Assembly: GCA_021811005.1 (NCBI GenBank)
Contig: JAJZPY010000001.1
Location: 1-44,423, forward strand
Origin: Pseudomonadota bacterium
GTDB lineage: Bacteria; Pseudomonadota; Gammaproteobacteria; Burkholderiales; Ferrovaceae
Direction: 5' to 3'
Length of the DNA stretch: 44,423 nt
The notes below the pieces were generated by a model, which saw only the letters and a list, made by a program, of their open reading frames with translations, did not search any database and had not been told where the DNA came from. Positions 36,065-44,423 of this stretch are shown here, one piece after another (within the stretch, counting starts at the first letter, position 1; the number at the start of each line of letters is the position of its first letter). The translations under genes and the position numbers were made by a program.

Positions 36065-37341
36065 TGCTGGAGATACAACGGTTGTCCACTTTGGCTCTGG
36101 GGCAAATTCTGAACGGCAGAAACCTGGACCATGCCCTCACGGATGCACGCAAGCAGGCCAAAGGACGGCTGACAGACCATCAGCGCGCTTCCATGCAGGA
36201 TGTGGCCTACGGTGTTCTCCGGTTTCGCAGTGAAATCGAAGGGATGCTGCAACAACTGTACACCAAGCGCCAGCCTTTGCCGCCCCTTGATGCGCTGCTC
36301 ATGGTGGCCACGTACCAGCTGCTCCATACGCGTGCGGCCCAACACGCCGTGGTGAGCCATGCGGTGGAAGCGGCGGCAGAACTGGCAGGTCCTTCGTCCA
36401 AAGGTTTTGTGAACGGTGTGCTGCGGAATCTGCTGCGCCAGAAAGAAGGCCTGTTGCAGCAGGCACATGAAACACCCGAAGGCCGCTTCAACCATCCCGG
36501 ATGGTGGATCGACAAAGTCAGGACCCAATATCCCGATCGGTGGGAGGGTTTGCTTGAAGCGGCACAACAGCATGCCCCCATGACGTTGCGCGTCAACCGC
36601 CGTCACAACAGTCGCGACCAGTATCAGCAACGATTGGCGCAAGCCGGAATGCAGTCGACTGTCGTGGGCAACGATGGCCTGGTGCTGGGGCAGCCGGTTC
36701 CTGTGGGGCAGCTTCCCGGATTCGACCAGGGCGATGTGTCGGTGCAGGATGCTTCGGCGCAGTACGCGGCAGAATTGCTGGCACTGCATCCGAAACAGCG
36801 CGTGCTGGACGCTTGTGCCGCGCCGGGAGGAAAAACCGGCCACCTGCTTGAACGTGGCAATGGTCTCGAGGTGTGGGCGCTTGACCAGGATGCCGGACGC
36901 GTCAGGAAAATGGAAACCACGCTGTCCCGCCTGAAGGTGCAGGCCCACTGCCAGGTAGCCGATGCCACCCGGCCTGACGAATGGTGGGACGGCGTCTCTT
37001 TCGACCGCATCCTGCTGGATGCCCCGTGCAGCGGTTCCGGCGTGGTGCGTCGTCACCCGGATATCAAATGGTTGCGCCGCCCTGAAGACATTCCTGCGCT
37101 GGCCGAAGCGCAAACGCGTCTGCTGGATGCGCTATGGCCGCTGTTGCGCCGGGGAGGACGGCTCGTCTACGCCACCTGTTCCATTTTTGCCGAGGAGAAT
37201 CAGGCGCAGGCAGAGGCTTTTCTGGGCCGGCATGCGGATGCGAAGGAAATGCCGATCGAGGATCCCCTGTTTGACCGGGGGCAAATCTTCCCAGATGCTA
37301 TGCACGATGGATTTTTTTATGCGATCTTCCGCAAGGTTTAG
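36061..37341 (+). CDS. rsmB: 16S rRNA (cytosine967-C5)-methyltransferase
   Basis: 426 aa with an ATGA overlap with fmt. It has a NusB-like N-terminal domain, SAM motif DACAAPGGKT, and catalytic Cys motifs DAPCSGSG and YATCS. Confidence 0.93.
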   Translation: MMLEIQRLSTLALGQILNGRNLDHALTDARKQAKGRLTDHQRASMQDVAYGVLRFRSEIEGMLQQLYTKRQPLPPLDALLMVATYQLLHTRAAQHAVVSHAVEAAAELAGPSSKGFVNGVLRNLLRQKEGLLQQAHETPEGRFNHPGWWIDKVRTQYPDRWEGLLEAAQQHAPMTLRVNRRHNSRDQYQQRLAQAGMQSTVVGNDGLVLGQPVPVGQLPGFDQGDVSVQDASAQYAAELLALHPKQRVLDACAAPGGKTGHLLERGNGLEVWALDQDAGRVRKMETTLSRLKVQAHCQVADATRPDEWWDGVSFDRILLDAPCSGSGVVRRHPDIKWLRRPEDIPALAEAQTRLLDALWPLLRRGGRLVYATCSIFAEENQAQAEAFLGRHADAKEMPIEDPLFDRGQIFPDAMHDGFFYAIFRKV

Positions 37342-37876
37342 GCACTGGGCGGCCCTGTTCTCCTTGCTGCTTTGCTGTATGGGCAGCTGGGCGGAAGGGA
37401 TTGCCGTGCGCGAAGCCAGCGTGTTCGCGGCAGACGATGGCTACTTCGTGAATGCGGAATTTGACCTCGAACTGACCCCGGTGCTCGAGGAAGCCTTGTC
37501 GCGCGGAGTCCCCCTGACTTTCCAGGTCAGCTTTGATGTGATCGAGCCCCGCTGGTACTGGTTTGACAAGGAAGTGGGGACCTTGCGCCAGGAACGGCGC
37601 ATCAGCTTCAATCCCCTGACCCGCGCTTACCGGTTTTCCATAGGCTCCCTTTATCTCAGCTTCAACTCCCTGCAGGATGCCCTGCAATCGCTCGCACGCC
37701 TCAACCGGGTTCGCATCGGCGGACCGGGAAGCCTCAGGAAGGGTGGGCACTACGAAGCGCGCCTGCAGATGAAACTGGATGTGGCGCAACTGCCCAAGCC
37801 CTTCCAGGTGGATGCCCTGTCATCCAACGAGTGGAATCTGACGTCCAGGCCTCTGACTTGGAAGATTGCGCCATGA
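37319..37876 (+). CDS. secreted DUF4390-like protein of unknown function
   Basis: The track ORF (36962-) overlaps rsmB. The likely start is the ATG at 37319 (or 37307), giving the signal peptide MRSSARFRHWAALFSLLLCCMGSWA. This is the conserved slot between rsmB and ntrY. The family assignment is from memory of the synteny, not from a search. Confidence 0.72.
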   Translation: MRSSARFRHWAALFSLLLCCMGSWAEGIAVREASVFAADDGYFVNAEFDLELTPVLEEALSRGVPLTFQVSFDVIEPRWYWFDKEVGTLRQERRISFNPLTRAYRFSIGSLYLSFNSLQDALQSLARLNRVRIGGPGSLRKGGHYEARLQMKLDVAQLPKPFQVDALSSNEWNLTSRPLTWKIAP

Positions 37877-39996
37877 AATGGGCCATCACGCTGGCGGTAC
37901 TGGCGGGTGGCGCATTGTTGTATGTGCTGTCGGAAGCCACGGCCAACACGTCGCTTTTTTCCGCGCATTACCCCCGTTTGCTGGCGCTGGGCGCCGGCGT
38001 TGCGTTGGGACTGATGGCCCTGATTTCTTTCCAGCTCTGGACCCTTTACGGAAAGCTGCGCGACCGGGTGTTCGGATCCAAGCTGACGGTCAAGCTGATT
38101 GTGATTTTCGCGCTCATGGCGGTTTTGCCGGGCTCGCTGGTGTATGGCGTGTCCGTCAAGTTTCTTTCCAACAGCATCGAATCCTGGTTCGACGTCAACG
38201 TGGACAAGGCATTGAGCGCCGGACTGAATCTTGGCCGGACCACCTTCGACAGCCTGCTCAACGATCTGGCACAGAAAGGCGAAGCCATGTCGGCAGAACT
38301 TTCGGATGCTTCGGCGCTGGACGAGACGACCTTGCTGTATCACTTGCGCGAGCAGTTCGGCGTGCAGGAGGCCACGCTTTTTTCGAAGTCCGGTTCGGTT
38401 CTGGCCTTCTCCAGCGCATTGAACAACGCCATGGTTCCTGATGCGTTGCCCATGAGCAGTTCCATCACCCACCAGATCCGTTCCCTCAGGGCCTACAAAA
38501 TGGTGGAAACCATCCCGGGCAAGGGGCTCTTCCTGCGGGTGGTCGTCCCGGTCAACCGGCTTTCCTTTTCAGAGGACTTGAGGGCGTTGCAACTGATGCA
38601 GCCGGTTTCCCGCGAGCTTGCCGTTGACGCGGACAGCGTGGAAGCCGCGTACCGGGGATACCAGGAACTGCTGCTGGCCCGCACCGGACTCAAGCGGATT
38701 TACGGCCTCAACCTGACGCTGGCCTTGCTGTTGACCTTGTTGACGGCCATCGCCCTGGCCTTTGTGATTTCCGAACGCCTGGGTGCGCCGTTGAGTGCCC
38801 TGGCGGAGAGCACGCGCGCCATCGGTGCCGGCGACTACACCAAAATGACCCCTGTCGTCAGCGACGATGAGCTGGGTGTGCTGACCCGCTCGTTCAACAC
38901 CATGACCGCACAGCTGCGGGAAGCGTCGGCCGAGCGGTTGCGCGACCAGGAAAAGCTCACCGCGGCCAAGGCCTACCAGGAAAGCATATTGTCCAATCTG
39001 TCCACGGGCGTCATCGTGTTCGATTCTGATTTTCATTTGAAAAGCGCCAATCTGAGCGCCAACCAGATGCTGGGGGTGGACCGGGTGCAGGGGGAGTGTC
39101 TCGAGGATTGGGGCAGTCGCGTTCCCGAACTGCTTCCCATCGCACAGCATCTGGCCAACCGGTTTCTCCAGGCGGAAGGGGCTGCCTGGGAAGGGGATGC
39201 AGACTATCTCGCCAGCCAGGGAAAGCGCAAATTCCACTTTCGCGGCACTCGCCTGCCGGAAGCCCATGGCGGAGACTATGTGCTGGTTTTTGATGACATC
39301 ACGCAAATGGTGCAGGCCCAGCGGGATGCGGCTTGGGGTGAAGTGGCCCGCCGCCTCGCCCACGAAATCAAAAATCCGTTGACGCCCATCCAGCTTGCGG
39401 CGGAACGTTTGAAATTCAAGCTGTCTGAAAAACTGCCGCAGGCTGAGGCGGACATTCTGGAACGTTCCACGGCAACCATCGTCAATCAGGTGGACGCGCT
39501 GAAAAACATGGTCAACGATTTCAGCGAGTACGCGCGCTCGTCCAAGCTGACCACGCGCAGTCTGGATCTCAACCGGTTGATCCGGGAAGTGCTGGTGCTG
39601 TACGAATCCATGGGTGAAAAAATCGATGTTCAGCTCGCAGACCCCCTTCCCCTGATCGATGGAGATGCCACCCGCTTGCGTCAGGTCATCCACAATCTGG
39701 TGCAAAACGCGCTGGATGCGCTTCAGGGCCTTCCCGACCCCAGGGTGGTGGTCTCAACCTGCCGGATGAGTGACGCCATCCGGCTATCCGTTGCGGACAA
39801 CGGCCAAGGCTTTTCCGAAGAACTGCTGGGGCGGATTTTCGAGCCCTATGTCACCACGAAAAGCAAAGGGACGGGGCTGGGCTTGCCCATCGTGAAGAAA
39901 ATTGTGGAAGAACACCACGGTAAAATTGCGGTATCCAATTTAGAACAAGGGGGAGCAGAGATCAGTATTCTCTTTCCCCTTCCGGAGATTGTGTGA
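37873..39996 (+). CDS. ntrY: NtrY-type sensor histidine kinase (multi-TM, HAMP, PAS, HisKA, HATPase)
   Basis: The ATG at 37873 overlaps the upstream stop (ATGA). The protein has N-terminal TM helices, a HAMP-like segment, H-box ARRLAHEIKNPLTPI, N-box HNLVQNALDA, G1 DNGQGF and G2 GTGLGLPIV. Confidence 0.88.
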   Translation: MKWAITLAVLAGGALLYVLSEATANTSLFSAHYPRLLALGAGVALGLMALISFQLWTLYGKLRDRVFGSKLTVKLIVIFALMAVLPGSLVYGVSVKFLSNSIESWFDVNVDKALSAGLNLGRTTFDSLLNDLAQKGEAMSAELSDASALDETTLLYHLREQFGVQEATLFSKSGSVLAFSSALNNAMVPDALPMSSSITHQIRSLRAYKMVETIPGKGLFLRVVVPVNRLSFSEDLRALQLMQPVSRELAVDADSVEAAYRGYQELLLARTGLKRIYGLNLTLALLLTLLTAIALAFVISERLGAPLSALAESTRAIGAGDYTKMTPVVSDDELGVLTRSFNTMTAQLREASAERLRDQEKLTAAKAYQESILSNLSTGVIVFDSDFHLKSANLSANQMLGVDRVQGECLEDWGSRVPELLPIAQHLANRFLQAEGAAWEGDADYLASQGKRKFHFRGTRLPEAHGGDYVLVFDDITQMVQAQRDAAWGEVARRLAHEIKNPLTPIQLAAERLKFKLSEKLPQAEADILERSTATIVNQVDALKNMVNDFSEYARSSKLTTRSLDLNRLIREVLVLYESMGEKIDVQLADPLPLIDGDATRLRQVIHNLVQNALDALQGLPDPRVVVSTCRMSDAIRLSVADNGQGFSEELLGRIFEPYVTTKSKGTGLGLPIVKKIVEEHHGKIAVSNLEQGGAEISILFPLPEIV

Positions 39997-41261
39997 TGGC
40001 AAATCATATCCTCGTGGTCGATGACGAGGTCGGCATACGTGAATTGTTGTCTGAAATCCTTCGCGATGAAGGCTATTACGTCAAACTTGCCGCGAATGCG
40101 CTTGAGGCCAAGCGATTGCGCCAGGAAGAACGACCGGACCTGGTGCTTCTGGACATCTGGATGCCCCAGATGGACGGCATTACATTGTTGAAGGAATGGG
40201 GGGCCGGAGGGCAGCTGACCATGCCGGTGGTCATGATGTCCGGTCACGCGACGGTGGATACGGCCGTTGAAGCGACCCGCATTGGCGCATTTGATTTCCT
40301 GGAGAAGCCGATTGCGTTGCCCAAGCTTTTGGACACGGTGGAACGGGCATTGCGAAAAGGCGGCGCGGAGTTCAGGCCGGGTCTTTCGAGCAACCAGCTT
40401 GGAAAAGGACCGCTCATCAGCGAACTGCGCCGGCGCCTCGACCAGATGATCAGCCACAATGCCCCGGTGCTGCTGTTGGGCGAGCCCGGCTGCGGCATCG
40501 AACTGGCGGCGCGGCATCTGCACCAGCCCAATACTCCCTGGTTTGCCGAGCAGGATAACGAATGGCTTGCAGAAAACCCGTTTGAGCCGCTGTCAGAAAC
40601 CCAGGGTGGCGTCATTTTCATTGCAGAGATTTGCGAACTGACCCGGGCGCAGCAAAGGGGGCTTTCGCAGTTGCTGGGCAAACTGGAAAAGCATCATGTG
40701 CGGTTGATTTGCGCCTGCAGCAAGCCGGTGGCAACCCTCATCCGTGAAGATATCCTGGATGCGGCACTGGTGGCGCGCCTTTCTGCGTTGACGCTCACGG
40801 TTCCCTCCCTGAGGGAGCATGCCGAAGACATTCCCGAAATTGCCTCCACCCTGCTTCGGCAAATGACGGAGGCGGGTGAAGTTCCGGTGCGGACGTTGAC
40901 GACGGCCGCGTTGAACATGTTGCGGCAGATGGACTGGCCCGGAAACCTGCCCATGCTCACCAATGCGGTGAGGACGGCGGCACTGTCCGCACTGACGTCG
41001 GAAATCGCGGCGGAAGACATTGCCCGCATTGCGCACCAGTTTGCCCCGCCCGCCCCTCCGGCGGCCAATGTGGCCAGTTTTGACCTGCCATTGCGGGAAG
41101 CCCGTGAGCAGTTCGAAAAGTCCTACTTTGAATACCACATTCGCCTGGAGTCGGGAAACATGTCGCGCGTGGCCGAGCGGGTGGGCCTGGAACGCACGCA
41201 CCTTTACCGGAAACTCAAGCAATTGGGCATTCGCCTGGGGTCCCAGCGGGGAGAAGAGTGA
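39996..41261 (+). CDS. ntrX: NtrX-type response regulator (REC, degenerate AAA+ core, Fis-type HTH)
   Basis: The ATG at 39996 overlaps the ntrY stop (a GTG at 39993 is also possible). The REC domain has DDE, the phospho-acceptor D in LLDIWMP, and EKP. The central domain has GEPGCGIE in place of Walker A. The C-terminal HTH is NMSRVAERVGLERTHLYRKLKQLGI. Confidence 0.85.
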   Translation: MANHILVVDDEVGIRELLSEILRDEGYYVKLAANALEAKRLRQEERPDLVLLDIWMPQMDGITLLKEWGAGGQLTMPVVMMSGHATVDTAVEATRIGAFDFLEKPIALPKLLDTVERALRKGGAEFRPGLSSNQLGKGPLISELRRRLDQMISHNAPVLLLGEPGCGIELAARHLHQPNTPWFAEQDNEWLAENPFEPLSETQGGVIFIAEICELTRAQQRGLSQLLGKLEKHHVRLICACSKPVATLIREDILDAALVARLSALTLTVPSLREHAEDIPEIASTLLRQMTEAGEVPVRTLTTAALNMLRQMDWPGNLPMLTNAVRTAALSALTSEIAAEDIARIAHQFAPPAPPAANVASFDLPLREAREQFEKSYFEYHIRLESGNMSRVAERVGLERTHLYRKLKQLGIRLGSQRGEE

Positions 41262-42559
41262 CAGCGATGCCCAACTGTCGGGAGCGGTGGCTGATCCTCT
41301 CTCACGGATTCAACATGGATGGGCGTGCTGCGAGCCTGACCATCACGGACAAGATTCCCCACCTGATGGAAGCAGGCATTGAACCGATCGTGCTGAGTGC
41401 CGTGACCGGCACCCGGGACAAGCGTTTCCGGCACGACCAGCTGTTGCCCTGGGGCCCTGCGGGATTTCGCTTCGACTTGCGTCATCTGCTGGCCTTGCGC
41501 TGGGGGCGGGATTGGCGGTATCGGGTGGTGACTGCGTTTGTGTCCCTGGCGCTTGCCCCGTTTATTTTGCTTGAACGGCTGCTGTTCGGACTGCAGAGCC
41601 AGTGGTCCTGGATGCCCGCTGCCGTGTGCCGCGGGCTGTGGATCATGCGGCGTGAAAAGCCGGCGCTGATCTACTCCACCGGGGGCGCCTATTCCGCACA
41701 CTGGGCGGGATTCTGGCTCAAGCGCCTGACGGGCGTACGCTGGATCGCCGAAGTACATGATCCCATGGTGTTTCCCGGCACGGTGCCGGCCACGCGCAAC
41801 CTCAAGTTCTGGGCCCGGCTCGAAGGCATGATTTGCCGGGAAGCCGACCTGGCCTGGTGGTTCACCGACCAGGCGCTGGCCAGTGCCCGGCGCCGCCATC
41901 CCGAGCTGGGGGAACGTGGGCTGGTCATCCTTCCGGGCGCGGAGCCGCCAGTGGCCAGCGCGCCCTACGTCAAAGGCGAAAAGCTGGTCCTGGGACACTT
42001 CGGTTCCCTGTCCGCTGTTCGCAGTTTGCGCCCGCTGGTGGAAGCTTTTTCCGAGTTCCGTAAAAACCACCCGGAAATGGCCGGCCGCCTGTACGTGCAT
42101 TGTTATGGAGGGGCCATCGATGCCCCTGCGCGACAGGCCATTCGCAGCCATGGCCTGGAAGCCCACATTGTGGATCAGGGGCGACTGGAATGGGATCCCG
42201 TAACCCGCCTGTCGGGACGGGAAAGAATTCAGCAGCGCATGCACCAGGTGGATGGCTTGCTGCTTTTGCATGGCACGACTGCCGATTGCGCCGAGTACAT
42301 TCCATCCAAGTTTTACGATTACCTGTGGGCCCATCGCCCGGTGGTCGGTCTGGTGCACCTCAACTCCCAGCTCATGCAGCTCATACAGGACCATGGAGGC
42401 TATGCCGTGGAAGTGGATGAACATGAGCAAGTCCTGGCCCTGCTCGCAACGGTGTTTCACGACTGGGAAAACGGCCGGATGCGCTCCGGCACGTTGCCTC
42501 CGATCGGAACGAAACAGGCCGTGGAGATCATCCTGGCCCGCGCACGGTGGGTGGCATGA
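41258..42559 (+). CDS. putative GT-B fold glycosyltransferase-like protein (family unassigned)
   Basis: 433 aa, starting at the GTG at 41258 (GTGA overlap with ntrX) or the ATG at 41267 after GGGGAGAAGAG. The two-lobed layout shows GT4-like features (IYSTGGAYSAHWAGFWLKRLTGVRWIAEVHDP; LLLLHG...IPSKFYDYLWAHRPVVG). The call is by resemblance only. Confidence 0.65.
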   Translation: MTAMPNCRERWLILSHGFNMDGRAASLTITDKIPHLMEAGIEPIVLSAVTGTRDKRFRHDQLLPWGPAGFRFDLRHLLALRWGRDWRYRVVTAFVSLALAPFILLERLLFGLQSQWSWMPAAVCRGLWIMRREKPALIYSTGGAYSAHWAGFWLKRLTGVRWIAEVHDPMVFPGTVPATRNLKFWARLEGMICREADLAWWFTDQALASARRRHPELGERGLVILPGAEPPVASAPYVKGEKLVLGHFGSLSAVRSLRPLVEAFSEFRKNHPEMAGRLYVHCYGGAIDAPARQAIRSHGLEAHIVDQGRLEWDPVTRLSGRERIQQRMHQVDGLLLLHGTTADCAEYIPSKFYDYLWAHRPVVGLVHLNSQLMQLIQDHGGYAVEVDEHEQVLALLATVFHDWENGRMRSGTLPPIGTKQAVEIILARARWVA

Positions 42560-43767
42560 ACCTGCGTTTGCCAGCCTTGGGACCGCTGGTGCGCTTGCTG
42601 GCCTACGGCCTGCTGGCAGCGCTGCCGGTCAGTGTGGGCGCCGTCAATTTCTTTGCCGCACTGGTTCTGCTTGCGGCGCTGTCATCGCGAGAATGGTGGC
42701 AGGCTTGCGGCCGGCTGCCTCGGCAACCGGTCGTCCTGGCCACACTGGCCCTGTTGCTCCTGTTGTGCGCAGGTTTGTTCTACAGCGAGGGAAGCCTGCA
42801 GGACGGGTGGGCCGTCGTCGCCAAATACCGCAAGCTGCTGGTCATTCCGATGCTGCTCCCGTTTTTCCAGGAAGACCGGTACCGTTTTGCAGCCATGCGG
42901 GTGTTTGCCCTGTCCATTTTTGTCACGGTACTGGTTTCCTGGACCGAGTTTCTGGGATGGACGCATCTCAGCGATCCTGCTTATGGGGGCCCTCCCGGCG
43001 ATGCCGTATTCAAGATGCACATTCCGCAGGGAACCCTGTTTTCACTGCTGGTGGTGCTGGGGATCTGCCTGGCACGGGAAGCCCGTTCGATGCCGCTGCG
43101 CGTTGTTTACTGGGCCATGTCTTTGGTGGCGGCGCTCGACATTGCCTGGGTCATGGTCGGGCGCACGGGAAAGGCCATCCTGCCGGTCATTGCGTTGTGG
43201 GCCTTGTGGGAAACGATGCGGCAGCAGTCCTTCGGCCCCAAATTCGGAAAGGCCGCAATCGCTGTGGGAACGGTCCTGATTTTGGCCGCAACCGGCTGGG
43301 CTGTTTTGAATCCTCACACCATGCTGGGCTCCGTGGTGAGTGAAATTCGCAAGTCGCAGGAGACGGGAACGATCACCTCCCAAGGCATTCGCCTTGAGTT
43401 TTATCGCAAGGCCATGCAACTGATGGCTGAGCGTCCTTTGGCCGGCCACGGCACGGGGTCGGTCACGGTGACGACCGGGCGCTTGGCCGCACGGGCCAGC
43501 ACGGAAGTGGCGCAGGTATCCACCGTCAACCTGCACAATGAGTTCATGATGTGGGCTGTACAGCTGGGATGGCCCGGCTTGGCGGCCGTCCTGATGTTTT
43601 TCATGGCGTTGTGGCGCGAATCGTTCCGGCAGTCCACGACCGTGGGGATGCTTTTGCGGGGCCAATGGGTCGTGTTTGCCACCGGCTGCCTGTTCAACTC
43701 CTATCTCCTGGATTTCGCAGAGGGGTATGCCATCGTGCTGACCTCAGGGATACTGTTGCCGTTATGA
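42556..43767 (+). CDS. O-antigen ligase / Wzy_C family polytopic membrane protein
   Basis: The ATG at 42556 overlaps the upstream stop (ATGA); the track start is a GTG at 42547. The protein has about 10 or more hydrophobic segments, a periplasmic loop, and an HNEFMMWAVQLGWPG motif typical of WaaL/Wzy_C proteins. Confidence 0.78.
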   Translation: MNLRLPALGPLVRLLAYGLLAALPVSVGAVNFFAALVLLAALSSREWWQACGRLPRQPVVLATLALLLLLCAGLFYSEGSLQDGWAVVAKYRKLLVIPMLLPFFQEDRYRFAAMRVFALSIFVTVLVSWTEFLGWTHLSDPAYGGPPGDAVFKMHIPQGTLFSLLVVLGICLAREARSMPLRVVYWAMSLVAALDIAWVMVGRTGKAILPVIALWALWETMRQQSFGPKFGKAAIAVGTVLILAATGWAVLNPHTMLGSVVSEIRKSQETGTITSQGIRLEFYRKAMQLMAERPLAGHGTGSVTVTTGRLAARASTEVAQVSTVNLHNEFMMWAVQLGWPGLAAVLMFFMALWRESFRQSTTVGMLLRGQWVVFATGCLFNSYLLDFAEGYAIVLTSGILLPL

Positions 43768-44423
43768 AGCTGCTTGATCATTTTCGCCTGATCCCTGTCT
43801 CCATCCAGGTGCCAACGCCTCATGCCGTATGCAATCCTTCCGTGATGGCTGTGGAAGGCGGATGGCTGGTGCTGGTTCGCGCGCTGGACCCGGTGCCCCA
43901 GGCCGGCTCGCGGCAGCCGTACCTCAGCAGCGAAAACTGGCTGATTCGCTACGATGCGGATTTGCAACCGCTATCGAAAGTGCGCTTGAAGGACGATGCC
44001 GTGCGGGAAAGCTGTCCTGCGGCGAAGAACGGATTGGAGGACGGGCGTCTTTTCGGGTGGTCGGGACAACTGTGGGTGCTTTTCAGCGGCCTGCAACGGC
44101 AGGACAGGGCATTCCTCAACACCATGGTGCTGGCACGGATTGAAGGCGATTGCCTGACCGACCCCGTGGTTATTCCTTCTCCGCGACGTCAAAGCCGTGA
44201 AAAGAACTGGATGCCCTGGGTGCGGAATGGGGAGCTGCTTCTGATCTATTCCACCCAACCGCTGGAAATTTACCGCTTTGACGGAAGCGGCCTTCAGCTT
44301 GTCCATCAAGGGGCCATGGCATTCAAGGGAGTGCCGGGGCTGATGTCCGGTTCGTCGCAGGTCATTCCGTGGGGGGAAAATTTCCTGGCGGTGACGCACC
44401 ACAGAAACCAGGCGCCGCGGGCG
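43764..44423 (+). CDS. uncharacterised protein, 5' part only (runs off window end)
   Basis: This ORF is not in the ORF track because no stop is reached. The ATG at 43764 overlaps the upstream stop (ATGA). My own translation gives 220 stop-free codons with GC-rich third positions (MKLLDHFRLIPVSIQVPTPHAVCNPSVMAVEGGW...LEDGRLFGW...REKNWMPWVRNGELLLIYS...). No family was recognised with confidence. Confidence 0.6.
   Translation, partial: MKLLDHFRLIPVSIQVPTPHAVCNPSVMAVEGGWLVLVRALDPVPQAGSRQPYLSSENWLIRYDADLQPLSKVRLKDDAVRESCPAAKNGLEDGRLFGWSGQLWVLFSGLQRQDRAFLNTMVLARIEGDCLTDPVVIPSPRRQSREKNWMPWVRNGELLLIYSTQPLEIYRFDGSGLQLVHQGAMAFKGVPGLMSGSSQVIPWGENFLAVTHHRNQAPRA

Overview
This 44.4-kb window is an origin-proximal, almost entirely housekeeping chromosome segment from a GC-rich Gram-negative bacterium. 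Three gene orders look betaproteobacterial to me (def-fmt-rsmB-DUF4390-ntrY-ntrX, dprA-smg-topA and argS-SPOR-dsbA, as I recall them from Neisseria and relatives); this is an inference, not a search result. About 42 tightly packed CDS fall into five blocks. (1) gltD, hemE, priA, argS, a SPOR protein and dsbA on the + strand. (2) A 16-kb run on the - strand: rpmH-rnpA-yidD-yidC-mnmE, then mnmG-rsmG-parA-parB, then atpIBEFHAGDC-glmU. (3) dnaA-dnaN-gyrB plus an orphan GT2 glycosyltransferase on +. (4) dprA-smg-topA on -. (5) A gapless + strand string: def-fmt-rsmB-DUF4390-ntrY-ntrX, a GT-B-like protein, an O-antigen-ligase-like membrane protein and an unrecognised ORF cut by the window end. The non-coding signals I can support are two consensus parS sites between mnmE and mnmG, DnaA-box clusters in three AT-rich gaps (rpmH-dnaA, dnaA-dnaN and, unexpectedly, hemE-priA), and a near-consensus sigma70 promoter ahead of the atp operon. 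I found no rRNA, tRNA, CRISPR array, transposase, integrase, phage gene or recognisable defence or toxin module. I cannot point to a convincing previously undescribed system. The most second-look-worthy items are the ambiguous or multipartite origin architecture, the DnaA-box pair upstream of priA, and the uncharacterised glycan module translationally chained to a DUF4390-NtrY-NtrX unit whose NtrX has a degenerate AAA+ core. All product calls rest on motifs and sequence resemblance recognised by eye plus synteny. No homology search, GC calculation or RNA folding was run.
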